This document shows positions 1 to 10,396 of a stretch of 53,983 nt of DNA, piece after piece (within the stretch, counting starts at the first letter, position 1; every line of letters begins with the position of its first letter). The stretch lies in the IMG/VR virus record IMGVR_UViG_3300027985_001102, positions 1-53,983 of that record; one strand, given 5' to 3'. This stretch comes from a virus (Duplodnaviria > Caudoviricetes). A program made the position numbers and the translations under genes. The notes below the pieces were generated by a model. It did no database searches, was not told where the DNA came from, and was given only the letters and a program-made list of their open reading frames with translations.

Positions 1-144
1 ATGGCCGTGTTCTGGTCCAGCTCACGGTATTCCTTGATCTGCCTCAGTGCGCCGAATGTTTCGAGCGAAACACCGCCGGTTACTCCAGCGGGTGATGCGC
101 TCTTGGTCTCAACGCCAGCAATCGGAGGGTCCCAGAGAACCTCG
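1..144. repeat. Terminal direct repeat, copy 1 (identical to 53840-53983); circular or circularly permuted genome
   Basis: ATGGCCGTGTTCTGG...CAGAGAACCTCG is present at both ends; an ORF runs in frame across the join. Confidence 0.97.
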
Positions 145-440
145 GTTCCCGCGGGAATGTTTCCGCGCAAGCCTCCATGTACCGCGGAAACCGTCACAGT
201 CGTGCCCGTGTCTGTGACTGGCCACGACCCATCAGTGGTTGATGGATTCTTGTCTACACGCACAAGCGCATCCTCAGCGAGCGCATTACCAACAATTGGA
301 ACACCGTAGGAATGCGCGGGAACCGTGCCTGATGCCGCTGTCGAATGCACGAGCACAGAACCAGTGGCGGTTGCCCCCTGCAGCACGGACAGTGCGCACA
401 TGATTCCGCGTGAATGCTTGATGGAGGTAGGGGTGCTCAT
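1..440 (-). CDS. 5' part of a ~309-aa tail completion/terminator-like protein that spans the genome join (continues 53839->53350)
   Basis: ATG at 440 overlaps the TGA of the upstream gene; MSTPTSIKHSRG...ELDQNTAI|SLFRAQAVDTPAAVLSWLAATP joins the 53350 ORF without a stop; lies between gpG-like and sheath genes. Confidence 0.75.
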   Translation of the reverse strand, partial: MSTPTSIKHSRGIMCALSVLQGATATGSVLVHSTAASGTVPAHSYGVPIVGNALAEDALVRVDKNPSTTDGSWPVTDTGTTVTVSAVHGGLRGNIPAGTEVLWDPPIAGVETKSASPAGVTGGVSLETFGALRQIKEYRELDQNTA

Positions 441-856
441 CCGCCAACAACCTCGTCCACGAGTAGGTCGGCCACCTCGTCGAGCACGTCAGACTCGAAT
501 GGACCGAGATCGAACGGATTGCGCTTTGGAAGGTTCTTGTTCCCGGTCACGTGGTACTTGGCATAGGGGATAGTGGTCTTCGCCTTCGCCCAGTCCGCCC
601 CTGTCTCGCCAATGGTGGACGTCGCCATCAGACCCGTGTCCTGCAACAACTTTGCTGCTCCCATGTCACCACGGGCCCGAACGGTCGAAGCAGCGAATGG
701 ATCCCACCCTGGGCCCTGTGCTTGATAGACATCATCTACAGCGGAAACGAGGATGTCAGCGATCACAGGGAGAACCCGATCTAGATTGCGCGCCTTCGTT
801 TCGAAATTGAGCAGCGTGCCAACCAGCTCTTCGGCGTTCGCCGTCACAGCGGTCAT
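437..856 (-). CDS. Mu gpG-like virion morphogenesis (tail completion) protein
   Basis: GPGWDPFAAST...LLQDTGLMATS...PYAKYH..G..LPKRNPF pattern; position after head adaptor. Confidence 0.8.
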   Translation of the reverse strand: MTAVTANAEELVGTLLNFETKARNLDRVLPVIADILVSAVDDVYQAQGPGWDPFAASTVRARGDMGAAKLLQDTGLMATSTIGETGADWAKAKTTIPYAKYHVTGNKNLPKRNPFDLGPFESDVLDEVADLLVDEVVGG

Positions 857-1329
857 CAATAGCCACCAGGGCGAGGCTTCGAGCGCGAACCTGCAAACAT
901 GTATTGCGGTTCACGCCGAACATTCATTCTGTTGTTGAATCGAGTGTTGGCACCCGCTGTTGCTTCTGACTCAGGTCGAGCCTTTGCCGATGCAACGTCC
1001 TCAAGCAGTTGAATGGCATCGGTGAGCGCCGTCCGAAGGATGGGACGCCCCTGCTGATCCAGCCACGCCAGGTTCCGCTTTGTGAGCTCATACATGGCGA
1101 TGTCTGCGACTGCAGCTTGAAGTGTCTCGTCATCGCCAACCAGCGTTTCGATGGCCTCATGGCTCCATCCTCCCTTGACGAGAATCATCTTGGCGCGCTT
1201 GGAAGCTGTGGCGATTGCTGTGGATAGGGAGATCCCAGGCTCGCCCGACCCGTCATCACACGCTGCATCACGAACTTGACGCGGTTTGTAGTGCGCCTCA
1301 AGAATCGCTTGTGTGATCAGGTCGGCCAT
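856..1329 (-). CDS. Mu gp36-like (DUF1320) head-tail adaptor
   Basis: AIATAS..., DIAMYEL, AIQLLEDVASAK pattern; synteny after capsid gene. Confidence 0.65.
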   Translation of the reverse strand: MADLITQAILEAHYKPRQVRDAACDDGSGEPGISLSTAIATASKRAKMILVKGGWSHEAIETLVGDDETLQAAVADIAMYELTKRNLAWLDQQGRPILRTALTDAIQLLEDVASAKARPESEATAGANTRFNNRMNVRREPQYMFAGSRSKPRPGGY

Positions 1330-1332
1330 GGA

Positions 1333-1779
1333 TCAGGCTCGGAGCATGTCTTTGGTGTGAAGCTCGTCAAGCGTCTTGGGGGACACTGGATATGCTCGAT
1401 ATCCAGCGCCGAGCTTCTTTGTTACAGCGCGGCAGTCAGCCGGCCTATCGTCGGTGGACACAACGACAACGTCTCCCACCTTGCCATCGATCATTTTGCC
1501 GTCTGCCCCGCCAAACGTAACGGATTTGGTTAGAAGGTACGCCCCATCACCCAGTTCGGGTGGGGCGTCCTCGCGAAGCTTCTGCACCAACGAGCGCAGT
1601 TGACCGTTCTCTTGCTCCAGTCTCTCAGTCTTGGCTTGTTCTGCCTTGAGCCTAGCCAATGCTGTGTCCCGTGCCGAGTAGGCTCCATCACGCTCCTTTT
1701 TGAGCGCCTCAAGCTTCGGGTCAACAGTCTTCGATTCAGTCTTTGGTTCAGTCTTCGATTCAGTCTTTGGTTCTGCCAT
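1333..1779 (-). CDS. Hypothetical coiled-coil protein with N-terminal TE(S/P)K repeats
   Basis: RBS AAGGGG; head-module synteny; 12-bp tandem repeats at about 1727-1775. Confidence 0.6.
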   Translation of the reverse strand: MAEPKTESKTEPKTESKTVDPKLEALKKERDGAYSARDTALARLKAEQAKTERLEQENGQLRSLVQKLREDAPPELGDGAYLLTKSVTFGGADGKMIDGKVGDVVVVSTDDRPADCRAVTKKLGAGYRAYPVSPKTLDELHTKDMLRA

Positions 1780-1860
1780 GATGCCCCTTACGTGCTGTTG
1801 CTACGGGGGAAACCCCGCGCGGGCATTATCCGGTGCGGGGCTGGACGGGGAAGGGAACTA

Positions 1861-2955
1861 TCAGGCAGCGGCTAGGACGTCGAAGATTGCTCCACCGGCG
1901 ATGTCGGAGATCATGATCTCATCATCCGAGTGCCCAACCTCGAGCATGGTCCCGCCATTGATGCCCTTGCCCTGCGGCTGGTACCGATTCGAGACGATAC
2001 CCGTCCCGCTTCGGCCACGATTTCGCCACGTGGCAGACGTCCCGATCTTGCGACCATTGCGACCAGCCGGGGGACGACAAAGAAGCAACACCGTGTCTCC
2101 CAGGATGTACGTCAACGATCCGCTCGAAAGGTACTTGGCCGGAGCGGTTGTGATCGGCGGGAATCCTGGGATGTTGAACGTGATCGGACCTTGTATGTCA
2201 GATGCACGCGCGACGTCAGGGGAAGGAGCCGAATCACCAAGCATCTGCTTCATGTGCTCGCGGACCTCGGAATCAGACAGGAACCAGAACGCAACATCCG
2301 GGTTCATGAGAACTTCGACCACCGGAGCAGCCGATGCCTTGATCCGATCGTGCAGGTTCTTGCGCGGGTTTGCGTTCGCTCCACCGTCCCACTGATACCC
2401 AGTGGTGAGGGTCGTGTAGTTGGCAGCATCCCAGTTGCCTGGAGTGCAAAGCAAGTTGAAGACCCGGTACTCACGAGCGAGCATAAGCTTGTCCATGAGC
2501 ATTTCGCCCGACTCCATCTCGACGTCATAGTTCCCGTCGTTCTGGGTCTGCCACGAGACCCAGCAGGACAGAGCGTGTTCCTGACAGTGGAAAGAAGCCG
2601 TCTCGCTCATGTGATCGATCTGGTTGATCGCACCCGATCGGCCAACTGCTGTCTGAACGAGCTCGAACACGTTCTCCTTCTTGAAGTCGCGACGCGTTCC
2701 CTGCTCTTTGTTCGCCAGGACAATGGGACTTGCACGGTCAGCCACGAACCCGAACTGGTCATATCCGCCCAGGTAGGTATCCAGCTCCTCGGTTGTGTTG
2801 GTCACGTCCGCGGGAGCCACGGCCATGAGGATTTGCTCTCCAGCTCTATGAATGAGCTTGTCGTCGACGATCATGTCCTCGGCGAGCGTGAACAGCATTT
2901 GGCCCGGCTTCCGTTCGAAGTGGGGGCGGGCAGTATCAAGGAGCTGAGTCTGCAT
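1861..2955 (-). CDS. Major capsid protein (HK97 fold)
   Basis: 364 aa after protease and decoration genes; GGAGA RBS; LAREYRV and QWDGGANANP motifs typical of phage capsid E-like proteins. Confidence 0.8.
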   Translation of the reverse strand: MQTQLLDTARPHFERKPGQMLFTLAEDMIVDDKLIHRAGEQILMAVAPADVTNTTEELDTYLGGYDQFGFVADRASPIVLANKEQGTRRDFKKENVFELVQTAVGRSGAINQIDHMSETASFHCQEHALSCWVSWQTQNDGNYDVEMESGEMLMDKLMLAREYRVFNLLCTPGNWDAANYTTLTTGYQWDGGANANPRKNLHDRIKASAAPVVEVLMNPDVAFWFLSDSEVREHMKQMLGDSAPSPDVARASDIQGPITFNIPGFPPITTAPAKYLSSGSLTYILGDTVLLLCRPPAGRNGRKIGTSATWRNRGRSGTGIVSNRYQPQGKGINGGTMLEVGHSDDEIMISDIAGGAIFDVLAAA

Positions 2956-2985
2956 ATCGTTTTATCTCCGTTGGTCCTTCAGTTA

Positions 2986-3993
2986 TCAGGTGGTCACCTG
3001 GACCACGGGGATGCAGGCGTACCCAGCGCCCGCGGTGAATGCCGAGGTGATTCGGTCGAATTGAATCTCCGACCCCTCGACCAAGAGCAATGCTTGGAAG
3101 CCTACGTTGTCGTTCAACTCTCCACCGAGCGTGCCAGCAACATCACCAGTCACGAGGGTGGCAGCGACATCACCAGATGCGCCGCCGAGCAAGTCACCTC
3201 CGGTCTCGTATCCGGTGATGTTCGTGGACAGGCCAATCGCACTGGCAGTGCCTCCGGTGAATCCCGTCTCGACCTCCCAGTACGGGAAGCCAGCGAGCCG
3301 CAGCGCGAACCCTGCTGGGATGGTCTCGATCGCCTCGCCATCCGTGTTGGCGTAGGAGATCGGAATCTTCATGATGAATGCCTTGTCAGCGCGCACCCAC
3401 CTACCCGTGCCAGCGGCAGGGACTTGCACGAGCTCATCAGCCGTATCCTCCGCTGCGGTACCATCTGCGTCGAACACCCAGTGCGAGTAATCGGACTGGA
3501 CAACGACCTCCATGCCCTCGTATCGATTGGCCGCTGCAATGGCCTTGAGGGCGGTTCTGGTGGCCACGGTAGACGCTGCTACGTAGGCCTTTCCACCGAT
3601 CTCAAGCTCGACTTCAACCTTGTCTCCCACGACGCCATGGGTCTTGATCGTTCCAAGAACATTCTCGAAGTTGGCAGCGGATGCGGCAGAGATAGCGACG
3701 GCCCGCGAGGTTGCGTCAGCCGTCACCTTCTGACCAGGTGTCAGCGTCTCACCAGCGAAAACCCAAGCCCTACCGTCGCACTGGTAGCTCTGGGTCATTC
3801 CGTTGGCAATAGTCTCAACCGAGACGCCGCAAATCGAATCTGTGGCAGCAGTGGCGAGCTCGATGCCATCAATGTTCGTGCCGTCATCCTTGAGGATGTA
3901 GCCAGCAGCGATATCAGAACCAGAGCCGTTGTATCCGTTTCGATCTAGGCTAGGGAATGTCTGTGTGCGTGGTTGCGTGACGTAGTTGGCCAT
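2986..3993 (-). CDS. Capsid decoration/cement protein (DUF2190-like N-terminus) with extra C-terminal domains
   Basis: AGETLTPGQKVTADATSRAV motif; lies between scaffold and capsid genes. Confidence 0.65.
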   Translation of the reverse strand: MANYVTQPRTQTFPSLDRNGYNGSGSDIAAGYILKDDGTNIDGIELATAATDSICGVSVETIANGMTQSYQCDGRAWVFAGETLTPGQKVTADATSRAVAISAASAANFENVLGTIKTHGVVGDKVEVELEIGGKAYVAASTVATRTALKAIAAANRYEGMEVVVQSDYSHWVFDADGTAAEDTADELVQVPAAGTGRWVRADKAFIMKIPISYANTDGEAIETIPAGFALRLAGFPYWEVETGFTGGTASAIGLSTNITGYETGGDLLGGASGDVAATLVTGDVAGTLGGELNDNVGFQALLLVEGSEIQFDRITSAFTAGAGYACIPVVQVTT

Positions 3994-4002
3994 GTCGATT
4001 CC

Positions 4003-5628
4003 TCAGTTGGAGCCCGCAAGCCACTTGCCGGCCGTTCGGACCTGGTTGATTCGATCGAGAGAAGCGAAGTCGGGCATTTCCTTCCGCAGGTACCCCATGG
4101 CCTTCTCGATATCGTTTGCCCCATGAAAATCTCGACACATCGCAATCCGCTCAGGACTGCGACCATCCGTGCGAGGAGGGGAAGAAAGCACCGGCTGTGA
4201 CAACGGCGCAGATTGCAAATTACCGTGTTGGTCGGCTTGGAGACCGAATTGCGATCCGCCTGAACCAGCGAAGATTCGACGAGTGAGTAGCGCCCGGTCT
4301 GCTGGCGGAAGGGGATATGTGTCACGGAACTCGGCGAGCTTTCGTTCCTGCTCCTTGGGGTCCTTGTCGATGCATCCCTTGCGCATCGCCAGAATCGCGG
4401 GTCGGAGCTCATCAGCAGCAACCTTTGCCGCGGATTTGCTGGGCAAATTCATCTTTGCGACGCGCGAAGCCACTACCGCCTCAGCCTCCGCTTCGGCGTC
4501 CTGCTCATCCACCTTGCCAATCCGCTCCATTGCAGCGGCAAGCTGGGTGACAATCTCGCCCATTCCGCTGGTCTTCTCGACCAAACCCTTGGCTGCAGCG
4601 ATTGCCGCCTGGAAGTCGGACGCGCCAAGGATATTCATCAGCGTATCCATTGCGTCTGCGCTTGCTTGCACCTTCTCGGCAGCCGCCAGGATGGTGTCGT
4701 CATGCTCGTTCACTCGGAATGTGGCTGCGAGTCGCTTGGTCAGTGGCATCTGAGTCTCCGCGCTGGTTCCCGCGCTAGTCGCGGGCTGCTGTGTACTTGG
4801 ATCATACGAGAGGGACGCAGTGGCTGTGCTCAGCACCTCATCGCGAGTCGATAGTGCAGGCATGGCAAACAGCCGCTTCAGACTTGCCAGCATGTAATCC
4901 AGGTCGACACCTTCGATCCCAACGCCGCCAGTGAGCAGTTCCCCAAACCGCTGCAGTTGCTCACCTACCGCCAACGCGTCAGCATCGAGCGGAAGCCCGA
5001 AGATCTCGCGCATGCCGATCAGCGCCTGCTCGGGTGTTTCGGCCTTGTCCACCCACACAGACATTGATGCCGCAATCGAGATAGGAACCATCCCCTGAAG
5101 GAACGGGTCGTTTGTGAATGCGATCGAGGTCAGTGTCGGCCCCATGTCCTCACCTGTCACGGGATGGTTCCAGTGGGGTTCCACAGCCACACTCGTCCAC
5201 TGGTATTCAGGCGGATCGGCGGTGATTTGCCCGAGGATTGTCTTGCCAAGCTTTGCGAGCGCCCAAAGCTGGACACCGTCTTCACCCTCTCGGATTTCAA
5301 GGTCCTGAACCCACGCTGGAGCCGGCACGCCCTTTTCTGGAATTGACCCAACCCGCGGGTCCAACTCGCTCGCGTGCTCATAATCAAAGTGCACGACATT
5401 GGCGGACCCAACACCATCATCTCCAGCCTTGAACGAAGGATGTGCACGAAAGTTCTTGATCAGGTGCTCGAACAGCGCCCGGTCAAACGTGATCGGTCGG
5501 CCACGGTAAACGAACTGCCCTTCGTAGGCCACTTGGATCCATCGCGGATTCTTTTCGGTGGCAGATTCAATTGCCGCAAGACGAACACCTCGACCGAATA
5601 GACGCGGAAACTGGCGAGAAGAAGGCAT
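4003..5628 (-). CDS. Mu gpI-like prohead protease with C-terminal scaffold (probable internal start at 4749)
   Basis: FDYEHAS, PAPAWV, EYQWTS, SIAFTNDPFLQGM motifs; internal GGAG-N6-ATG at MPLTKRL. Confidence 0.85.
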   Translation of the reverse strand: MPSSRQFPRLFGRGVRLAAIESATEKNPRWIQVAYEGQFVYRGRPITFDRALFEHLIKNFRAHPSFKAGDDGVGSANVVHFDYEHASELDPRVGSIPEKGVPAPAWVQDLEIREGEDGVQLWALAKLGKTILGQITADPPEYQWTSVAVEPHWNHPVTGEDMGPTLTSIAFTNDPFLQGMVPISIAASMSVWVDKAETPEQALIGMREIFGLPLDADALAVGEQLQRFGELLTGGVGIEGVDLDYMLASLKRLFAMPALSTRDEVLSTATASLSYDPSTQQPATSAGTSAETQMPLTKRLAATFRVNEHDDTILAAAEKVQASADAMDTLMNILGASDFQAAIAAAKGLVEKTSGMGEIVTQLAAAMERIGKVDEQDAEAEAEAVVASRVAKMNLPSKSAAKVAADELRPAILAMRKGCIDKDPKEQERKLAEFRDTYPLPPADRALLTRRIFAGSGGSQFGLQADQHGNLQSAPLSQPVLSSPPRTDGRSPERIAMCRDFHGANDIEKAMGYLRKEMPDFASLDRINQVRTAGKWLAGSN

Positions 5629-5652
5629 GCGCCGATCGTACATCTCCGACGG

Positions 5653-8310
5653 CTACAGCTTCCCGCTCCCTTCCCAGCCATCATCTGGCAAGCCCACGGG
5701 CACGGGGCCAATCTTTGCCCCTGACTTCTCCACCCATGCAGCCGAGCGCGAAATCACGCGGCATCTGCAGTTGAAACCGAACGGCGGATAGGCATGATCC
5801 CAGAACGGGTCATCGGCAGGAAGGATCGTTCCAATCGCATCGTAGTGCGCGGGTCGGATGCGGTCATCCCTTACACCGCGGATTTGCCAGTAGGGGCGCG
5901 CCTTCAGCACGTCAGGCTGGGTCATCTCCGTCTTACGGCCGTGACCGTAGGCGGTCATGATGTTCGTCCGGTAAATGGTCTCGACATGGGAGGAATTGAC
6001 AGGCAGCCACCCAGCAGACTCAATACGAGCGGCGATGAACTGCTTGAACTGTCCAAGATCAGGGCCTTCGTGCGTACCGGGAACCATGGCGCGCCTACCC
6101 GCCTCCAGTTGCCGGTCAAGTTCGCCCTTTGCCACCGTCAGCAATTCCTTCGATGTCAGTCGCGCGATCGTGAATGCACGCCGCTTCGCCGCAGCGGTCA
6201 GCCGCTTGAACAGGTTCGGTTCGAGGATGTTCTTCGCCTGGAAGAACTTCAGAGCCGCCGCATAGGGTTGTTCGACGAACTTTGGCGAAGCTACGAGCGC
6301 CATCTTGATCCGTGAGAACGTTTCCAGCTGCACTTGCTCGTCGTTCTCGCGCTCCCACGCCGAATCGAGAGCGCCGAGCATGGCCCCGCGCATGATCTGT
6401 TCCTCAAGCAGCTGAGCAAACGCTTCGGTGTTGATCGACTTGCCAGCAGCGTTCAGCGCTTGGCGGATTGCTGGTGCAGTAGTCAGACCGTCGACGGACT
6501 TGCATAGCAATTCCGCCCACTTAGCCGTGATGACAGCACCCGCAGTCGTACCCTTCTCGGCAAGGGTATCAAGCGAACCAAACACCGAATCAGGAGGTCG
6601 AGCACAACACACATGGTCAAAAGGGCGAGCGGCCGCCCCCCTGACCGGCACAGACAGATTCTTCGGGATGGCTCGCCATGCGATCTTCCAAACTGGAGCG
6701 CCATTGACCATTTCGACGTCACGAACACGCTCGATTCCGCACAGCCGACAGCGATTCACCGCCCCGTGTTCGCATCGAGGAATCGCCAACTCAGTCATCT
6801 TCGTCGCTAGGGTAGACGCGGATTCATCCGTGGGAGGTTCACCGGGAATGCCGTCCCCATCGGGGTCATCGGCGGCCATGGTGGCGACAGCGGCTGGGTC
6901 AGTGGCGGCTAGAGCTGGGCGTGGGACAGGTGGGACATCCGGAGCTAGTCCACCGTCATCGCCCATCACCCCGATCTTTGCCCCGCTGGTTTTCGTTGGA
7001 TTGCCCATTGCGTCGATTCCAGTCGATTCGACAAGCTGGACCACCTCATCCCCCGGTTCTGGCTGCTCGGTTCCGCTTCGTTCGTAGATTTCGGTCAGCT
7101 TCACGGGCACGCCAAGCTTCAGTGTCTTGTCCAGCCTATCGATTTCCTCTGTCCTATTCGGGGGCGCCTCCGTTACGAACCTGATCCTGGGGGAGTACTT
7201 GAGCGCACCTTCACCGAGATTCATGAACACGATCTCACGAGCGATAGACGTGAAAACGGCAGACAGATTCCTACCGTCTGCGTTCACGACTCCGAGCTGC
7301 TCACCACTCGCGACTTCATCGGCAGAGGAGCCAAGGGCGCCCGGCTTAGCATCGGATGTGCGCTTGTTTCCCAGCACAAGCAGCGAGTTTTGGTCGTCTG
7401 CTTCTTGAGCGATGTCCTTGTGGAGTTGCCCCGAATCTGGGTGCGGTTGGTCCGTTTGCAGCGCGATCCCAGGGGGAAGGACACCAGTGGAATTCGACGC
7501 CATCTGGTCGATTGTTTGCTGTGCTTTGTCCAGTTGGTCTGGTTGGACCAAACCAAGGGAAGGGTCTGGCACCCACACAATCCTCCACGGGCGACCAAAC
7601 ACCTCGAGCAACACCATCCGTTCACGCCAACTGAGTCTCTTGAAGAGTGAGAAGTACAAACACCTCGGCGCCAACCCCTCGCGTTCCGGGTAGTCATTGA
7701 AAAGGCGTGGTTGAAAACAACTCCACTTGAACGGTATCGATCGAAGATCGAACCCCCGCTTCTCAAATGCCCCACCAGACCAATTCTCGTCGTTCAGCCT
7801 CAGCTCGCGCTCAGGGCCTAACGTCAGTCTTCTTGGGTGAATCCATGACAGCTCTGAGATCGTCCACGGGATCGGGTCGGAAGGGTCATAGGCCCACTGC
7901 TTCTCAGTCGCAGCTCGTCCGTCGAAATGCCCCCAGTCAAGTGATTGCACCGCTTCAGCCAGGTTTGAGATTCGAGCGAACGCCTGCCGGACCATGTCGG
8001 CTACCTCGGACGCTGGCTCTGGTTCGACCCCTGGGCCACTTACCGCGACAACATCACAATCGAGCGCGGCAATCGCGCGGAAACGCTTGCCGAGAATCGA
8101 ACCCAGATGCGGATCGATGGCGACCGTCTCGTAGGCGAGATCGGTTAGGTCCCGCATGTAGCCCATTTGTGCCGCACGTATGACGCCTTCCACCCGTTCC
8201 GGGCTCACGCCATTGCCGTAATACATGCGCCACTGCTCGGCCTCGGGGACCGTGCTTGAGCCGAACAGACGGGATTGAAGCGCGCGAACGTCTACTTGGA
8301 TGGCTGACAC
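5653..8310 (-). CDS. Portal protein (Mu gp29/DUF935) fused to Mu gpF-like head morphogenesis domain
   Basis: N-terminal DPHLGSILGKR and LEVFGRPWR; C-terminal AFTIA, TIYRTNIMTAY..GR, DDRIRPAH, PPFGFNCRC; one continuous 885-aa ORF. Confidence 0.88.
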   Translation of the reverse strand: MSAIQVDVRALQSRLFGSSTVPEAEQWRMYYGNGVSPERVEGVIRAAQMGYMRDLTDLAYETVAIDPHLGSILGKRFRAIAALDCDVVAVSGPGVEPEPASEVADMVRQAFARISNLAEAVQSLDWGHFDGRAATEKQWAYDPSDPIPWTISELSWIHPRRLTLGPERELRLNDENWSGGAFEKRGFDLRSIPFKWSCFQPRLFNDYPEREGLAPRCLYFSLFKRLSWRERMVLLEVFGRPWRIVWVPDPSLGLVQPDQLDKAQQTIDQMASNSTGVLPPGIALQTDQPHPDSGQLHKDIAQEADDQNSLLVLGNKRTSDAKPGALGSSADEVASGEQLGVVNADGRNLSAVFTSIAREIVFMNLGEGALKYSPRIRFVTEAPPNRTEEIDRLDKTLKLGVPVKLTEIYERSGTEQPEPGDEVVQLVESTGIDAMGNPTKTSGAKIGVMGDDGGLAPDVPPVPRPALAATDPAAVATMAADDPDGDGIPGEPPTDESASTLATKMTELAIPRCEHGAVNRCRLCGIERVRDVEMVNGAPVWKIAWRAIPKNLSVPVRGAAARPFDHVCCARPPDSVFGSLDTLAEKGTTAGAVITAKWAELLCKSVDGLTTAPAIRQALNAAGKSINTEAFAQLLEEQIMRGAMLGALDSAWERENDEQVQLETFSRIKMALVASPKFVEQPYAAALKFFQAKNILEPNLFKRLTAAAKRRAFTIARLTSKELLTVAKGELDRQLEAGRRAMVPGTHEGPDLGQFKQFIAARIESAGWLPVNSSHVETIYRTNIMTAYGHGRKTEMTQPDVLKARPYWQIRGVRDDRIRPAHYDAIGTILPADDPFWDHAYPPFGFNCRCRVISRSAAWVEKSGAKIGPVPVGLPDDGWEGSGKL

Positions 8311-8432
8311 TCAGCGATCATACGACGGGCGTGCATAGGGTCGGGTCGGGCTGAAGAAGTTAGGCGTTCCACCTCGGCCAGCAGCTCCTTCGCCACCTCG
8401 CGGGCTTCGATCATCCAACCGTTCGGGCGTCA

Positions 8433-8600
8433 TCACTTCTCTTTCGGTTTGATCCACCCACGAGCTTCGAATTCGCGTCGGGCTTCGTTCAGTCGAATCC
8501 TCAAACCGTCTTGTGTCAACTCAGTGGACAGCCGTTTGCGGATTTCTACACGAAGTTCGGACTTCAACTTTTCTAACGCCTCAGCCACCTTTTCAGCCAT
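8433..8600 (-). CDS. Small helical hypothetical protein (55 aa, MAEKVAEALEKLK...)
   Basis: Starts at the TGATG overlap with the terL stop; GGAGG RBS. Confidence 0.55.
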   Translation of the reverse strand: MAEKVAEALEKLKSELRVEIRKRLSTELTQDGLRIRLNEARREFEARGWIKPKEK

Positions 8601-10006
8601 CAAAAACCTCCAAGGCTTCGATTCTGTCTTGGGCCCGAAACCTTCACGTCGATCGTCTGCCCCCCGCCTGCCACAAGGGCATCAAAGGCGGCAGCCAGAG
8701 CGTCGACCTGGTCATCGTGCAGGTCCTTGACCCCTGTGAATCCAAGCACTTCCTTCAACAATTCTGCAACCCATGGCGCATCCCGTGGAACGAATATCTT
8801 GCCACGATTCCACGCTGCTGCAACTGGTTGTGCGCGGATGAGCTTGTCCACTGTTGCTGGAATCGCGCGTAACATCCTGGCCCCTTCGTTTCGAATGTGC
8901 TGAGCCACGCCCTTTTCGGGCCCGGCCATGTACCACCACATGGGCGATCCAGGCCATGCCACCGACATTCCATTGAGAATCTTGCTGAAAGCTGGGGAAT
9001 CTATCTGGACTCGGTGAACCAGCAGCACGTAGTACTGGGTGTCGACGATCCTTCCGGTGGTGTCCCGAATGTCGTAGGCAGCAAGAGCAAGCCCTACAGA
9101 ATAGTCAGATTTCTTGTTCTCGGAATATGCACAGTCCACACCGATCGCAACCCGGTACCCGCCTGGAGGCAGCTCGTCGTACAGATGAGCGTCACGGAAT
9201 ACTTTCGAGCCCTTAGGGCGTGGATTGCCCTGAAACAACGATTCCCAATCGTAGTCAGACTTTGCCCGTTTCGCTTCCCACCACGCAGCGGGACGCATCG
9301 ACTCCCACAGGTAGGTGCCGTCGAGAGCCAGTGCCGGAAGGTTGATAAGCTTCATCGGGGCATCCCCATCGGGATCCGACTGGCGGCCGATCAAGTCGTC
9401 TTCATGCCAACGATGGTGGTTGATGAAAGTGGACGAACCAGGATGAAGTCGTCCTTGGATCGAGGTGAACCATGAGTGGACTGCTTCCCGTCGGACGGGG
9501 GATTCCGCCTCGGCCCTGGACTTGTGTGGATCATCAATGACGATCCACCCGTCGATTCCCTCACCAGTGAGCGGACCACCAATCCCCGCCGCGATCACGC
9601 TCCCACCTTCCACCGTCTTCCAGTACCCGGAGGATTGGCACAAGGGATCGATGTGGGCCCTAGCACGCTTGGCATACTCGAGAATCGTGCGCGACTTCCG
9701 TTCAGCAATCGTCGCTGAATAGGAGATGTACGCGTTCTTCTTCGTGGGGTTCCGCGCTATGAAACGAGCGAAAGCCGAGAACAACGCCTCGGACTTTCCG
9801 ACCTGTGGAGGAGCTGAGAAGCAGGCCTCAACGGGTTCGTGGAACGCTCGTTCCACCTCATCAAGAATGGGGGAGAGATGATGGGGTCGCTCGTAGCTGG
9901 GGTTGATGTGTTGGACAAAATTGACCAACGGCATGCCGTCGATTTCGGCAAGCCTTCGTCGCAGTTCGAGCTCAGCTTCAGCTCTTGTCGCCAGATCCAC
10001 GAGCAA
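8600..10006 (-). CDS. terL: Terminase large subunit
   Basis: Walker A PPQVGKS, Walker B IVIDDP, HRWHEDDL, C-terminal nuclease HDDQVDA. Confidence 0.95.
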   Translation of the reverse strand: MLVDLATRAEAELELRRRLAEIDGMPLVNFVQHINPSYERPHHLSPILDEVERAFHEPVEACFSAPPQVGKSEALFSAFARFIARNPTKKNAYISYSATIAERKSRTILEYAKRARAHIDPLCQSSGYWKTVEGGSVIAAGIGGPLTGEGIDGWIVIDDPHKSRAEAESPVRREAVHSWFTSIQGRLHPGSSTFINHHRWHEDDLIGRQSDPDGDAPMKLINLPALALDGTYLWESMRPAAWWEAKRAKSDYDWESLFQGNPRPKGSKVFRDAHLYDELPPGGYRVAIGVDCAYSENKKSDYSVGLALAAYDIRDTTGRIVDTQYYVLLVHRVQIDSPAFSKILNGMSVAWPGSPMWWYMAGPEKGVAQHIRNEGARMLRAIPATVDKLIRAQPVAAAWNRGKIFVPRDAPWVAELLKEVLGFTGVKDLHDDQVDALAAAFDALVAGGGQTIDVKVSGPRQNRSLGGF

Positions 10007-10391
10007 TTGCCTCGAGCTCTTCGATAGTCAACGCCGCGAAGTCTATCTTTACTGGTCCTCCGCCAGCGCCAGTGTGCTCTACCGACATTCTTGTCTTGCC
10101 TCCGTGTCGCTCTGGGAATCGGCGTTCAAGCAGCCACTTAGCATGTTCTGGGCCATAACGCTTATCCGATGTCGCTCGCATCACAATCATGGAGAGCTCC
10201 GCTTCAAATTGCGCCTGTGCCTTCTCTATAGATTCAGTAAACGCCTTCCGTTTTGGGTCACTGAGCCACATATAGTAAGATGATCTCGATATTCCCACCA
10301 GGGCACAAGCAGTGGAAGCTGGCACTCCACTGGCGATTAGGGCGCATATGTTTTCTTGCATCTTAGGTGAGAGACGAGTTTTCCTTGCCAC
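9978..10391 (-). CDS. terS: Terminase small subunit
   Basis: HTH (ACALVGISRSSYYMW), AKWLLERRFPE and VEHTGAGGGPV motifs; directly upstream of terL. Confidence 0.85.
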   Translation of the reverse strand: MARKTRLSPKMQENICALIASGVPASTACALVGISRSSYYMWLSDPKRKAFTESIEKAQAQFEAELSMIVMRATSDKRYGPEHAKWLLERRFPERHGGKTRMSVEHTGAGGGPVKIDFAALTIEELEAIARGSGDKS

Positions 10392-10396
10392 CGTTC

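Noticed and set aside
1930-3948. 672-aa plus-strand ORF
   Set aside because: Antisense shadow of the capsid and decoration genes; no motifs; expected in GC-rich DNA.
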